Made by a program: the position numbers and the translations under genes
Shown: piece by piece, positions 17,635 through 29,835 of the stretch
Layout of the letters: each line of letters starts with the position of its first letter
Position numbering within the stretch: position 1 is the first letter of the stretch
From: Patescibacteria group bacterium
Lineage (GTDB): Bacteria; Chloroflexota; Limnocylindria; Limnocylindrales; CSP1-4
Direction of reading: 5' to 3'
Length of the DNA stretch: 55,098 nucleotides
Assembly: GCA_035495215.1 (NCBI GenBank)
Contig: DATJGH010000061.1
Span: 1-55,098 of the forward strand
The notes under the pieces: generated by a model
Seen by the model: only the letters and a program-made list of their open reading frames with translations
The model's database searches: none
Told to the model about the DNA's origin: nothing

Positions 17635-18841
17635 ACCTCGACGCGACGGACCGGGACGGCGCCACCGGCAACGGCGCCGGGACGGACGCGACCACGACGA
17701 CGAGCACGCTCGGGCCGTCGCTCGCCGAGACCACGATCGAGGAGATCGCCCCGGCCGAGAGCCGCCGCCGCCGGAAGCCGCGCGGCGAGCGCCCGCTGCT
17801 CGAGGTGGAGAACCTGCACACCTCGTTCCGCACCCGTGACGGCATCGTCCGCGCGGTTGACGGCATCGCGTTCAACGTCGACCGGGGCGAGATCATGGGC
17901 CTGGTCGGCGAGTCCGGCTGCGGCAAGAGCGTGACCTCGCTCTCGATCATGCGCCTCGTCCCGCCGCCCGGCCGGATCGAGGCGGGCACGGTCACCTTCG
18001 CGGGCCGTGACCTGCTGACGCTGCGAGCGGAGCAGATGCGATCCATCCGCGGCCAGCAGCTGGCCATGATCTTCCAGCAGCCCACCTCGTCGCTGAACCC
18101 GGTGTGGGACGTCGGGCGGCAGATCGGCGAGACCCTCGAGATCCACAAGGGCATGGGTCGCAAGCAGGCGCGGATGCGTTCCCTCGAGCTGCTCCGGGTG
18201 GTCGGCATCCCGGACCCCGAGCGACGCCTGCGCTCGTACCCCCACGAGCTGTCGGGTGGCATGGCCCAGCGCGTGATGATCGCGATGGCGCTCGCCTGCG
18301 AGCCGGACCTGCTGATCGCCGACGAGCCCACGACGGCGCTCGACGTCACGATCCAGGCGCAGATCCTGGACCTGCTCCGCAACCTCCGCGACGAGCTCGG
18401 GACCGCGATCATCCTGATCACCCACGACCTCGGCGTCGTGGCCGAGATGTGCGACCGCGTCGCGGTGATGTACGCCGGCGAGATCGTGGAGCAGACCGAC
18501 GTCGTGCGGCTGTTCCGCGACCCGCGTCACCCGTACACGCGCGGCCTCATCGGGTCCATCCCGGTGCCGGGCGAGGTGGACCACGAGCTGGCGGTCATTC
18601 CCGGCAACGTACCCAACCTCATCGACCTGCCGGGCGGCTGCCGCTTCGCGCCGCGCTGCCTGACCCGCATCGAGGAGGACGTCACCCTCGCGCCGGACCA
18701 CCATCCCGAGCTGCGGGCGATCGAGAGCGGCCACGATGTCCGGTGCTGGCTGTGGCACGACGAGAGCGGCGCGCTGCTCCCCGCGCGGCCGGGCCGGAGC
18801 GGCCCCGTCACAGCAAGTGTCACCGCCCCGGAGATCGCGGT

Positions 18842-18845
<4 letters not shown>
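17631..18845 (+). CDS. ABC transporter ATP-binding protein (OppD/DppD-like)
   Basis: This is ORF 17481..18845 from ATG 17631, which overlaps the permease stop as ATGA. Motifs are Walker A GESGCGKS, signature LSGGMAQR and Walker [14 protein letters not shown] low-complexity N-terminal extension of about 50 aa is present. Confidence 0.9.
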
Positions 18846-20020
<1,175 letters not shown>

Positions 20021-20066
20021 TTCGCCTCAGCGAGCGCTGCCGGCGCCGGGTCGCGCCGCGCCGGGT

Positions 20067-21328
20067 CTAGTTCGGCTTCGCGCCCGTGTTGCCGCCGTCG
20101 CCCGAGGCACCGGCCCCAGCGGCGGGCGGGACCTCCTCGATCGACGGGATCAATGCCTGGTCGATGTCGCCCTCGGGGATCTCGCCCATGAGCTCCGCCG
20201 CCGACTTGTGGGCGACCCGGAGGGCCGCCTCCGGGGTACCGTGGCGGACCGGCGCGTCCTCGATGTGCGCGACGCCGACATCCGACTTGATGCTGTCCTC
20301 GGCGTAGTGGCACGCGGCCTTCTGGTCGGTCCCGCCGACCTCCCGGAGCGGCGGGTCGATGGTCCGGCAGTTCTCCGGCTTGCCGAGCCGTTCGTACAGC
20401 CAGCAGCGGGTGTGGAAGCGGCAGCCAGCAGGCGGGTTGGCCGGGCTCGGGACATCACCGGTCAGGATGACGCGGCGGCGCTTGCGCTCCATCGTTGGAT
20501 CGGGGACCGGCACGGCCGAGAGGAGCGCGCGGGTGTACGGGTGCGCCGGCGCGGCATAGATGACGTCCGGCGGGCCGATCTCCACGATCTTGCCCAGGTA
20601 CATCACGGCGACCCGATCGCTGATGTGCTTCACCACCGACAGGTCGTGAGCGATGAACAGGTAGGTCAGACCGAGGCGATCGCGCAGGTCGGTCAGCAGG
20701 TTCAGGACCTGGGCCTGGATCGAGACGTCGAGGGCCGAGATCGGCTCGTCGCAGACGATGAACTCCGGCTCGACCGCGAGTGCCCGGGCGACGCCGATGC
20801 GCTGCCGCTGGCCGCCCGAGAACTCGTGCGGGTAGCGGTTCACGTACGACGGGTCGAGACCGACCATCTTGAGCAGCTCCGCCACGCGTGCGCGCTTCTC
20901 CTCACCCTTCGCGAGCTTGTGCGTATCGAGCGGCTCGCTGACGATCGCGCCGACGGTCATGCGCGGGTCGAGGGAGCCGTATGGGTCCTGGAAGATGATC
21001 TGCATCCGGCGCCGCAGGCGGCGCAGCGGGCCCGACTTGAGCGTGGTCAGGTCCACGCCGTCGAACCTCACGCTCCCGGCGGTCGGCTCGCGGAGCCGGA
21101 TCATCGCCCGGCCGGTCGTGCTCTTGCCGCAGCCCGATTCGCCGACCAGGCCGAGCGTCTCGCCGCGGCGGACCTCGAAGCTGATGTCGTCGACCGCCTT
21201 GACGGTGCCCTGGACCGTCTTGAAGATGCCCGCCCTGATCGGGAAGTAGACCTTGAGGTTCTCGATCTCGACCAGGTTGCGGCCTTCCTTGCCGACGCCG
21301 GCCCTGGTTTCGCGCTCTGCGGCAGTCG

Positions 21329-21332
<4 letters not shown>
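20067..21332 (-). CDS. ABC transporter ATP-binding protein (OppF/DppF-like), second operon
   Basis: These are the last 421 codons of ORF 20067..21806, from ATG 21332 (ATGA overlap). Motifs are [27 protein letters not shown] and GCRFHTRC. The C-terminal tail is about 100 aa long. Confidence 0.9.
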
Positions 21333-22402
<1,070 letters not shown>

Positions 22403-22418
22403 CGAGGAGCGCTCCAAG

Positions 22419-23366
22419 CTACTGCTTGCCCTTGAGCTTGGGGTCGAGCGCGTCCCGCAAGCCATCCCCCAGGAAGGTGAAGCTCATGAGCGCCGTGGCG
22501 ATCAGGATGCCGGGCAGCAGGGTCAGCCATGGATAGGAACGGATGAAGCCCTGGCCATCGGCGATCAGCGTGCCCCACGAGGCCCGCGGCGGCTGGACGC
22601 CGATGCCGATGTAGGCGAGGGTCGCCTCCGCCAGGATGGCCGTCGGGATGCCAAGCGTGACGGCGACGATCACCGGCCCGATCGCGTTCGGCAGCAGGTG
22701 CCGTACCACGATGTTCCGGTCGGACACGCCGATCGCCCTGGCGGCCTCGACGAACTCGGTCTCCTTGAGTGAGAGCAGCTGCCCCCGCACGAGGCGCGCA
22801 ACCGTCACCCACGAGGTCAGGCCGATCGCCACGAACACGAGCAGCACGCCGTTGAGCGCACGCCCGAACGCCGTCTCCCGGAACGCCACCGACAGCAGGA
22901 TGATGAACAGCAGGTCGGGGAAGGCGTAGAAGATGTCGGTGATGCGCATGAGGTAGGTGTCGATGCGGCCGCCGAACCAACCGGCGATCGCGCCGAGCGG
23001 CACGCCGATGAACAGCACGACGAGCTGGACGACGAACGCCACGGTCATGCTGACCTGAGCCCCGTCGAGCAAACGGCTCAGGATGTCGCGACCCAGCCCG
23101 TCCGTGCCCAGGGGATGGGCCATGCTCTGGAACGGCGCCAGCGGGATGCTGTTGTTCGCAGTGATCGCCTCGAGATCCTGGACCTGGTACGGCCACGGGG
23201 CGAGCAGCGGCCCGAAGATCCCGGCAAACAGGAGGAGGAACACGCCCAAGGCCCCGAGGAGGGCGAGCTTGTTCTTGCGCAGCCGCCCGAAGGCATCGCG
23301 CCAGACTCCCTCGCTGCGCCGGGCTGTCGTCGCGACGCCCGGCAGGGATCGCGTCTGAGTGGCCAT
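22419..23366 (-). CDS. ABC transporter permease (OppC/DppC-like), second operon
   Basis: ORF 22419..23366. It is a multi-TM permease with the motif FVEAARAIGVS. Confidence 0.9.
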   Translation of the reverse strand: MATQTRSLPGVATTARRSEGVWRDAFGRLRKNKLALLGALGVFLLLFAGIFGPLLAPWPYQVQDLEAITANNSIPLAPFQSMAHPLGTDGLGRDILSRLLDGAQVSMTVAFVVQLVVLFIGVPLGAIAGWFGGRIDTYLMRITDIFYAFPDLLFIILLSVAFRETAFGRALNGVLLVFVAIGLTSWVTVARLVRGQLLSLKETEFVEAARAIGVSDRNIVVRHLLPNAIGPVIVAVTLGIPTAILAEATLAYIGIGVQPPRASWGTLIADGQGFIRSYPWLTLLPGILIATALMSFTFLGDGLRDALDPKLKGKQ

Positions 23367-23374
23367 GGTCCCCT

Positions 23375-24292
23375 CTAGCTGTAGCGGATTCGGGGATCGA
23401 TGTACGCGTACATGATGTCGACGAGGAAGTTCAGGAAAGCGACGGCGAACGCGTAGATCACCGTCGTTGCCATGATCATCGAGTAGTCCCGGCCGCCGAT
23501 CGCGACGATGTACAGCCGGCCGATGCCCGGAATGCCGAAGAAGTTCTCGATGATGAACGAGCCGGTGACGAGGAAGGCGAAGATCGGGCCGAGGATGGTC
23601 ACGACCGGGATCAGCGCGTTGCGGATCATGTGCCGGATGACAACTGCGCTCGCCCGGACGCCCTTGCTATGGGCCGTACGGACATAGTCCTTCCTTGTCA
23701 CCTCGAGCATCGAGGCGCGCGTATATCTCGCGATCTGGGCGATCTGGTAGCCGGCAAGCGCAACGACAGGCAACACCCAGGTGTCCGGCCCCTTCCAGCC
23801 TCGCGACGGGAACCAGTTCAGGCCGACGCTGAAGACCACGATGAGGATGATCGCGAGCACGAAGCTCGGCGTCGCGATGCCCAGCATCGAGATGGTCGTC
23901 GCGACGTAGTCCGGCCAGCGGTTGTGGCCGAGCGCGGCGAAGATCCCGAGGGGGATGCCGAAGCCGACCGCGACGATGAAGGTCATCACCCCGAGCTGGA
24001 CCGTGATCGGCCAGCCGCCGCCGATGATGTCGTTCACGCCGCGGTTGCGGTACTGGTATGACGGCCCGAAGTCGAGCTTGAGCATGCCGCCGAACCAGTT
24101 GATGTACTGCTGCCAGATGGGCTTGTCCAGCCCGTAGATCTCGTTGAGCCGCTGGACGGTGCCGGCGTTCAGCGCCTTCTCGCGGTCCCAGGGTCCGCCC
24201 GGGACGGCGTGCATCAGGGTGAAGGTGATCAGGGAGACGACGAAGAGGACGGGTATCAGCCAGAGGATCCGTCTGATGACGAAACCAACCAC
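23375..24292 (-). CDS. ABC transporter permease (OppB/DppB-like), second operon
   Basis: This is ORF 23375..24370 from GTG 24292 (VVGFVIRRILWLIPVLFVV), preceded by GGAGAG. It carries the motif DYVRTAHSKGV. Confidence 0.88.
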   Translation of the reverse strand: MVGFVIRRILWLIPVLFVVSLITFTLMHAVPGGPWDREKALNAGTVQRLNEIYGLDKPIWQQYINWFGGMLKLDFGPSYQYRNRGVNDIIGGGWPITVQLGVMTFIVAVGFGIPLGIFAALGHNRWPDYVATTISMLGIATPSFVLAIILIVVFSVGLNWFPSRGWKGPDTWVLPVVALAGYQIAQIARYTRASMLEVTRKDYVRTAHSKGVRASAVVIRHMIRNALIPVVTILGPIFAFLVTGSFIIENFFGIPGIGRLYIVAIGGRDYSMIMATTVIYAFAVAFLNFLVDIMYAYIDPRIRYS

Positions 24293-24341
24293 TTCAACTC
24301 TCCGTGAGCAACTGGTCCTGTTTGCGGAAGTCTGCCACTGG

Positions 24342-24374
24342 ATGTGTGGGCCGACCAGTGGCCGGCCCACACAT
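24342..24374 (-). promoter_or_regulatory. Intercistronic 12-bp perfect stem-loop after the second substrate-binding-protein gene
   Basis: ATGTGTGGGCCG (24342-24353) pairs with CGGCCCACACAT (24363-24374) around a 9-nt loop. It lies in the 113-nt gap between the substrate-binding-protein stop (24406) and the permease start (24292). Confidence 0.55.
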
Positions 24375-24405
24375 TGTGGCTGTCAGTGCTGATGCCCGGG
24401 GGGCG

Positions 24406-26214
24406 TCAGTCGTGCTTGAGGATCTTGATCGTCTCGAGGAAGACGTCACCGATGTTCTGGTGGTCGGACGAGGTCGCGGTCAGACCCGAGACCCACGGCC
24501 GGACCAGGTAGCGCGTGACGCCATAGCGCAGGAACAGCACGGATGCGTCATCCACGGCGATTCGCTGCGCCTCGATGTACTTCGCTTCCTGCTGCGCCGG
24601 ATCGGCGATCGTCGCGGCCTCGTTGAACGCCTTGTCGAAGGCCGGGTTGCAGTACTGGCTGTTGTTGTTGCCAGCGCCGCAGACCAGCAGGTCGAGCTGG
24701 TTCTTGGCATGCGGGAAGTCAGCACCCCAGCCGTCGCGGCTGATGTTGTACTTGCCCGCCGGACGCTCCTGGAGGAACGTCGGGAAGTCCGTGCACGAGA
24801 TGTCGAACGAGGTCTCGGCAAAGCCGAGGCCGGTCCGCCACGCTTCGGCCAGGAACGCGACGCGCGGCAGGTGGCCGGCGTTGCAGTTGTAGCCGAACTT
24901 CAGGACGCCCAGGTCGGCCGCGGTGACTGCACCGTCGCCGTTGGTGTCCGTCGTGCCGAGCTCCTGCAGCGCAGTCGCCATCGAGGCCTTCGCCTTGGTG
25001 ACGTCGTACGGGTACGGGTTGTAGTCGGCGTCGTAGCCCGGGATACCCGGCATGACCATGCCGTTGGCAACCTGGCCGAGACCGCCGAAGGTGAGATCGA
25101 TGAACTGCTGCTTGTTGACGGCCTGGGTGAGGGCGATCCGGAAGTTCTTGTTCGCGGTCGCGCTCTTGCCGTCTGACGTGCCGCTCTCAGCCGGGCACTT
25201 GTCGGCACCCGCCTGGCAGTTGGCGTAGTCGTAGTACGTGATCGCCTGCTGCGGCAGGTCCTGGATGAGGTCCTTGAGCTCCGGATCATCCGCCACGCGG
25301 CGGACGCTGGTGCCCGGGACGACGACGGTGTCGAGGTCGCCCTGCTCGAAGGACGCGAGCGCGGCCTCCGGGTCGCCACCGATCAGGTACTGGACCTTGG
25401 TCAGGGTCGGCTTGGTGCCGGCGCTGCCATCCCAGTTCGGGTTCGGGACGAGGTCGATCTCGGCGTTGTGATCCCAGCTGTCGACCTTGAACGGACCGGA
25501 CGCGACGAGGTCAGCTGCCTCGGCGTATTTGGTCCACGATGCCGGATGGGGCACGAAGACCCACATCGCCATGATCGAGCCGAAGTAGGTGGCAGCCTGC
25601 TTCAGGGTCACCTTGACGGTGCTGTCGTCCGGCGCTTCGACGCCAGTCTTCTTCAGCAGGTCGGTGATCTTGGCGTCGTCGGTCGGGGTGGTCCCCGTGC
25701 CGCAGCCGAGGCTGGCGCCAAGAAGCGCCTCCGCACCCGAGAGGTCGCACGCGATGTACGAGTACGGGTTCGCGAGGCGCGGGTCGAGCAGCCGCTGGGC
25801 AGCGAGAACGAAGTCACCCGCGACGATCGGGTCGCCGTTGGAGTACTTCAGGCCCTGGCGGAGCTTGAAGGTGAAGGTCTTCCCGTCTGCGGACACTTCG
25901 GGGAGTGCCTCGGCGAGGGCGGGGACCAGCTTGAGGTCCTTGTCGTAGTAGAGCAGCCCGCGGCTGGTCGCGTCGATCACGGCGATCGACACCGAGTCCT
26001 GGGCGGCCTGCGGGTCCATGGTGGCCGGGTCGGTGTCTGACAGGTACAGCTTCAGGGTCTGATCTGGAGCCAGATCACCGCCGGTGCCACCGGACTCGCC
26101 AGTCGTCTGGCTGCCGGGGACGCCGGACGCACCACCCGTGGCGGGGGGTCCGGGTTGGCAGGCAGCGAGAACGATCACCGCCGCGCCCAAAAGCGCGACG
26201 AGACGCTTCGTCAT
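24406..26214 (-). CDS. ABC transporter substrate-binding lipoprotein, family 5 (peptide-type), second operon
   Basis: This is ORF 24406..26355 from ATG 26214 (MTKRLVALLGAAVIVLAAC, a lipobox), preceded by GAGGAGAGGAG. Confidence 0.88.
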   Translation of the reverse strand: MTKRLVALLGAAVIVLAACQPGPPATGGASGVPGSQTTGESGGTGGDLAPDQTLKLYLSDTDPATMDPQAAQDSVSIAVIDATSRGLLYYDKDLKLVPALAEALPEVSADGKTFTFKLRQGLKYSNGDPIVAGDFVLAAQRLLDPRLANPYSYIACDLSGAEALLGASLGCGTGTTPTDDAKITDLLKKTGVEAPDDSTVKVTLKQAATYFGSIMAMWVFVPHPASWTKYAEAADLVASGPFKVDSWDHNAEIDLVPNPNWDGSAGTKPTLTKVQYLIGGDPEAALASFEQGDLDTVVVPGTSVRRVADDPELKDLIQDLPQQAITYYDYANCQAGADKCPAESGTSDGKSATANKNFRIALTQAVNKQQFIDLTFGGLGQVANGMVMPGIPGYDADYNPYPYDVTKAKASMATALQELGTTDTNGDGAVTAADLGVLKFGYNCNAGHLPRVAFLAEAWRTGLGFAETSFDISCTDFPTFLQERPAGKYNISRDGWGADFPHAKNQLDLLVCGAGNNNSQYCNPAFDKAFNEAATIADPAQQEAKYIEAQRIAVDDASVLFLRYGVTRYLVRPWVSGLTATSSDHQNIGDVFLETIKILKHD

Positions 26215-26340
26215 GAGTCTCCTCTCCTCTATGCCTTTTCCTGGGTACCGCGCGCGCGTGCTTCGGCCAAAGGGTCCGTCAGGGGATGGAGCGGATGGCG
26301 CGTCAATCCTCCTAGCTGCGCGCATTCGCGGCTGGCCGGG

Positions 26341-26371
26341 ATTATAGGCAGGCAATCTCCGGGCATGTCAA
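26341..26371 (-). promoter_or_regulatory. Sigma-70-like promoter candidate for the second ABC operon
   Basis: On the minus strand, an exact TTGACA (26371..26366) and an exact TATAAT (26346..26341) are separated by a long 19-nt spacer. They lie about 125 nt upstream of ATG 26214. Confidence 0.4.
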
Positions 26372-26448
26372 CGAGCGCAAAGCCCCGTTCGGCCTCACAG
26401 AAATGCGACGATTTCGCAACATGCGGGGGCGATTCGTGCCCGGCCGGG

Positions 26449-27954
26449 TCAGTCCGGGCAAGGGGTCCAGTCGCCGACGGCGGGCCGCCAGCGGAGGTTC
26501 GGGTTGCGTGCCGCGCCGGCCTCATCGAGCCGCTTCACCGGCGCCGAGTGCGGGGCGGTCCTGACGATCTCGGGGTCGGACTCGGCCTCGCGAGCGATGG
26601 CGACCAGGGCATCGGCGAACGCGTCGAGCGTCTCGATCGACTCGGTCTCCGTGGGCTCGATCAGCATCGCCTCGTCGACGGTCAGCGGGAAGTACACGGT
26701 CGGGGCATGGAAGCCGTGGTCCAGCAGCCGCTTGGCGATGTCGAGCGTGCGGACACCGGTCTTCTTCTTGATCGACGTCGCCGACGCGATGAACTCGTGC
26801 TTGCACACGCCCGGGAACGGGATGTCGTACGCGCCCGAGTCGGCGAGCCGCTGCTTGAGGTAGTTCGCGGCGAGGACCGCGTCGTCGGTGATCTCGGCCA
26901 GGCCGCTCGCGCCGTGCGTGCGCAGATAGGCATACGCGCGCACGAGGACGCCGGTGCTGCCGACGAACGAGCGCATCCGCCCGATCGACGTCGGCCGCTC
27001 CCCCACCCGCTCCAGCCGGAACGAGCCGTCGGCCTCGCGGAGCACCCGCGGCGCCGGCAGGAATGGCTCGAGCTTCTCGCCCACCGCGACCGGGCCGGCG
27101 CCGGGGCCGCCACCGCCGTGCGGCGTCGAGAACGTCTTGTGCGTGTTGATGTGCATCACGTCGAAGCCGGCCTCGCCGGGCTTGAACCGGCCGAGGATCG
27201 CGTTGAGGTTGGCCCCGTCCATGTAGGCGAGGGCACCCGCGGCGTGGACCGCCTCCAGCAGCTCGCCGACCTCCGACTCGAACAGGCCCATCGTCGACGG
27301 ATTCGTGATCATCACGGCCGCCGTGTGCGGTCCGAGCGCCGCCCGGAAGGCCTCGAGGTCGGTCCTGCCGTTCGGCGCGGCCTTGATCGTGATGGTCCGA
27401 AGGCCGGCCATGGTCGCGGTCGCGGGGTTCGTGCCATGCGCCGAGTCCGGCACCAGCACGTCCGTGCGCTCCATGTCGCCCCGGGAGCGGTGGTACTCGC
27501 GGATCATCAGGATCCCGGTCAGCTCGCCGTGCGCGCCGGCCGCGGGCTGGAGGGTGACCGCGCGCATCCCGCTGATCTCGATCAGGATCTGCTCCAGCTC
27601 CCACAGCAGCTGGAGGGTGCCCTGCGCGATGGCGTCGGGCGCGAGCGGGTGGAGCTGGGCGAAGCCGGGCTGGCGGGCGGCCCACTCGTTGACCTTCGGG
27701 TTCCACTTCATCGTGCACGAGCCCAGCGGGTAGAAGCCGGTGTCGACCGCGTGATTCATCTGCGACAGGTTCACGTAGTGGCGGACGGCCTCGGGCTCGT
27801 TCACCTCGGGCAGGCCTGCCGGATGCTCGCGCCGGTGCTCGGCCGGCAGCCGGTCCAGCGCATCCGCCGGTGGGTGCGGCACCTTGTCCGAGCCCCGGCC
27901 GGGCTTCGACAGCTCGAACAGGGTGGGCTGCAGGCGCGGCCCGCTGGCGCTCAC
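26449..27954 (-). CDS. gcvPB: Glycine dehydrogenase (decarboxylating) subunit 2
   Basis: ORF 26449..27954. The sequence YPLGSCTMKWNP...DSAHGTNPATA...HINTHKTFSTPHGGGGPG is typical of the P-protein beta subunit, including the PLP lysine context. Confidence 0.95.
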   Translation of the reverse strand: MSASGPRLQPTLFELSKPGRGSDKVPHPPADALDRLPAEHRREHPAGLPEVNEPEAVRHYVNLSQMNHAVDTGFYPLGSCTMKWNPKVNEWAARQPGFAQLHPLAPDAIAQGTLQLLWELEQILIEISGMRAVTLQPAAGAHGELTGILMIREYHRSRGDMERTDVLVPDSAHGTNPATATMAGLRTITIKAAPNGRTDLEAFRAALGPHTAAVMITNPSTMGLFESEVGELLEAVHAAGALAYMDGANLNAILGRFKPGEAGFDVMHINTHKTFSTPHGGGGPGAGPVAVGEKLEPFLPAPRVLREADGSFRLERVGERPTSIGRMRSFVGSTGVLVRAYAYLRTHGASGLAEITDDAVLAANYLKQRLADSGAYDIPFPGVCKHEFIASATSIKKKTGVRTLDIAKRLLDHGFHAPTVYFPLTVDEAMLIEPTETESIETLDAFADALVAIAREAESDPEIVRTAPHSAPVKRLDEAGAARNPNLRWRPAVGDWTPCPD

Positions 27955-29396
27955 GCCGTGGCGACCTCAGGCCGAGCGCCCGCGGAGCTCGGCTCGGCCT
28001 TCGGTGAGCCCACCGCAGGCTCGCTTCTCGCCTGATCGTTGAGGACCTCCCCGATCTCGCGCGCGAAGTTGGCGATGTCGTCGCCGGTGGTCACCTCGGT
28101 GGCGCAGACCAGGAGGGCATCGGCGAGGCCCGGCTCGTCGGGCACCGCCTCGGCCAGCACGAGCCCGGCGAGGACACCCCGGTCAAGGAGCTCGCGGTGC
28201 ACGGCCGGGGCATTGGGAACCCGGACCGCGAACTCGTTCAGGTACGCGCCCGCGTGCACGCGCGCGACCCCCACGGAGGCCAGTGCCGCTTCCAGCTCGG
28301 CGGCGCGCGCGGCACCCAGCGCGGCGACGTCGCGCAGGCCGTGCGGCCCGAGTGACGCGAGCCACACGGACGCGGCCAGGGCGAGCAGGGTCTGGTTGGT
28401 GCAGATGTTGCTGGCTGCCTTCTCGCGCCGGATGTGCTGCTCGCGCGCCTGCAGCGTCATGACGTAGGCGCGCTTGCCGTCGACGTCGGTGGTCATGCCG
28501 ACCAGCCGTCCCGGGATCTGCCGGACGAGCTGCTCCGTGCAGGCGAGGATGCCGAGGTACGGCCCGCCGTACTGGGCCGGGATGCCGAGGGCCTGGCCCT
28601 CGCCCGCCGCGATGTCGGCCCCGTACGCGCCCGGCGGCGCGAGCACGGCGAGCGACACGGGCTCGACGACGGCCACGAACAGCGCGCCCGCAGCGTGCGC
28701 GAGATTCGACGCTTCGCGCATCGGCTCCAGCAGCCCGTAGAAGTTGGGCTGGGCCACGACGACGCCGGCGACCGGGCTATCGGCGTCGGCGAGCCGCCGC
28801 TCGAGCTCGGCCAGGTCCGTCGTCCCGCCTCGCGGCCCGTCTGCGACGAGTGGGATCTCCTCGAGCTGGAGGCCGGCGCCATGGAAGTACGTCCGCAGGA
28901 CCTCCCGGTAGTGCGGGTGGACGGCCCGCGAGACGAGCACGTGGCCGCGGCCCGTCGCGCGGCAGGTCATGAGCGCGGCCTCCGCCGTCGCGGCGGCACC
29001 GTCGTAGTGCGACGCGGAGACCACGTCCAGCCCGACGAGCTCCGCGATCAGCGACTCGTACTCGTAGATGCTCTGGAGCGTGCCCTGGCTGACCTCGGGC
29101 TGGTACGGCGTGTAGGCCGTGTACCACTCGCCTCGGAGCAGGATCTGGTCGACCATGGGCGGCGAGAAGTGGCGATACGCGCCGGCGCCGAGGAAGGCCG
29201 CGAGGTCGACCCTGTTCCGGCTCGCGAGACCGCCCAGGCGGCGCATCAGCAGCTGCTCGGGCTCCGGCGGATCGAGGCGGAGCGGGCTGGAGCGCAGTCG
29301 CTCGGGGATGTCGGCGAACAGCTGGTCGACGCTGTCCATCCGGAGCGCCGCCAGCATGCGCTGGCGATCGGCCGGCGTGTGCGGGCCGTAGGCCAA
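27951..29396 (-). CDS. gcvPA: Glycine dehydrogenase (decarboxylating) subunit 1
   Basis: ORF 27951..29396. The motifs FLGAGAYRHFSP and YTPYQPEVSQGTLQ are present. There is a 4-nt overlap with gcvPB. Confidence 0.95.
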   Translation of the reverse strand: MAYGPHTPADRQRMLAALRMDSVDQLFADIPERLRSSPLRLDPPEPEQLLMRRLGGLASRNRVDLAAFLGAGAYRHFSPPMVDQILLRGEWYTAYTPYQPEVSQGTLQSIYEYESLIAELVGLDVVSASHYDGAAATAEAALMTCRATGRGHVLVSRAVHPHYREVLRTYFHGAGLQLEEIPLVADGPRGGTTDLAELERRLADADSPVAGVVVAQPNFYGLLEPMREASNLAHAAGALFVAVVEPVSLAVLAPPGAYGADIAAGEGQALGIPAQYGGPYLGILACTEQLVRQIPGRLVGMTTDVDGKRAYVMTLQAREQHIRREKAASNICTNQTLLALAASVWLASLGPHGLRDVAALGAARAAELEAALASVGVARVHAGAYLNEFAVRVPNAPAVHRELLDRGVLAGLVLAEAVPDEPGLADALLVCATEVTTGDDIANFAREIGEVLNDQARSEPAVGSPKAEPSSAGARPEVATA

Positions 29397-29402
29397 GGTC
29401 GG

Positions 29403-29783
29403 TCAGGCCTCCGCGGTCAGCTTCTCGTAGGCCGCGGCGTCGAGGAGCTCGCCGAGCTGGCCTGCGTCACCGACCTTGACCCGGATCATCCAGCCGTCGC
29501 CGAACGGGTCGCTGTTCACCAGCTCCGGCTTCGAACCGAGATCCGCGTTGACCTCGACGACCTCGCCCGCGACCGGCGCATACAGGTCGCTGACGGCCTT
29601 GACCGATTCGACGACCCCGAAGGTCGCGAACTGCTCGACCGCCTTCCCGACCGCCGGGAGATCGACGAACACGACGTCGCCCAGCTGGCTCGCGGCGAAG
29701 TCGGTGACGCCGATCGTGGCCGTGTCGCCCTCGACGCGGACCCACTCGTGGTCCTTCGTATAGCGCAGGTCCGGCGGGACCAT
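29403..29783 (-). CDS. gcvH: Glycine cleavage system H protein
   Basis: These are the last 126 codons of ORF 29403..29936, from ATG 29783 (MVPPDLRYTKDHEWVRVEGD). The lipoyl-lysine motif VESVKAVSD is present. Confidence 0.95.
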   Translation of the reverse strand: MVPPDLRYTKDHEWVRVEGDTATIGVTDFAASQLGDVVFVDLPAVGKAVEQFATFGVVESVKAVSDLYAPVAGEVVEVNADLGSKPELVNSDPFGDGWMIRVKVGDAGQLGELLDAAAYEKLTAEA

Positions 29784-29835
29784 CTCGGGCGTGCCTCCTT
29801 GCTGGCAGGTGGCGGCTTCGACCGCGAGGGCCGCG

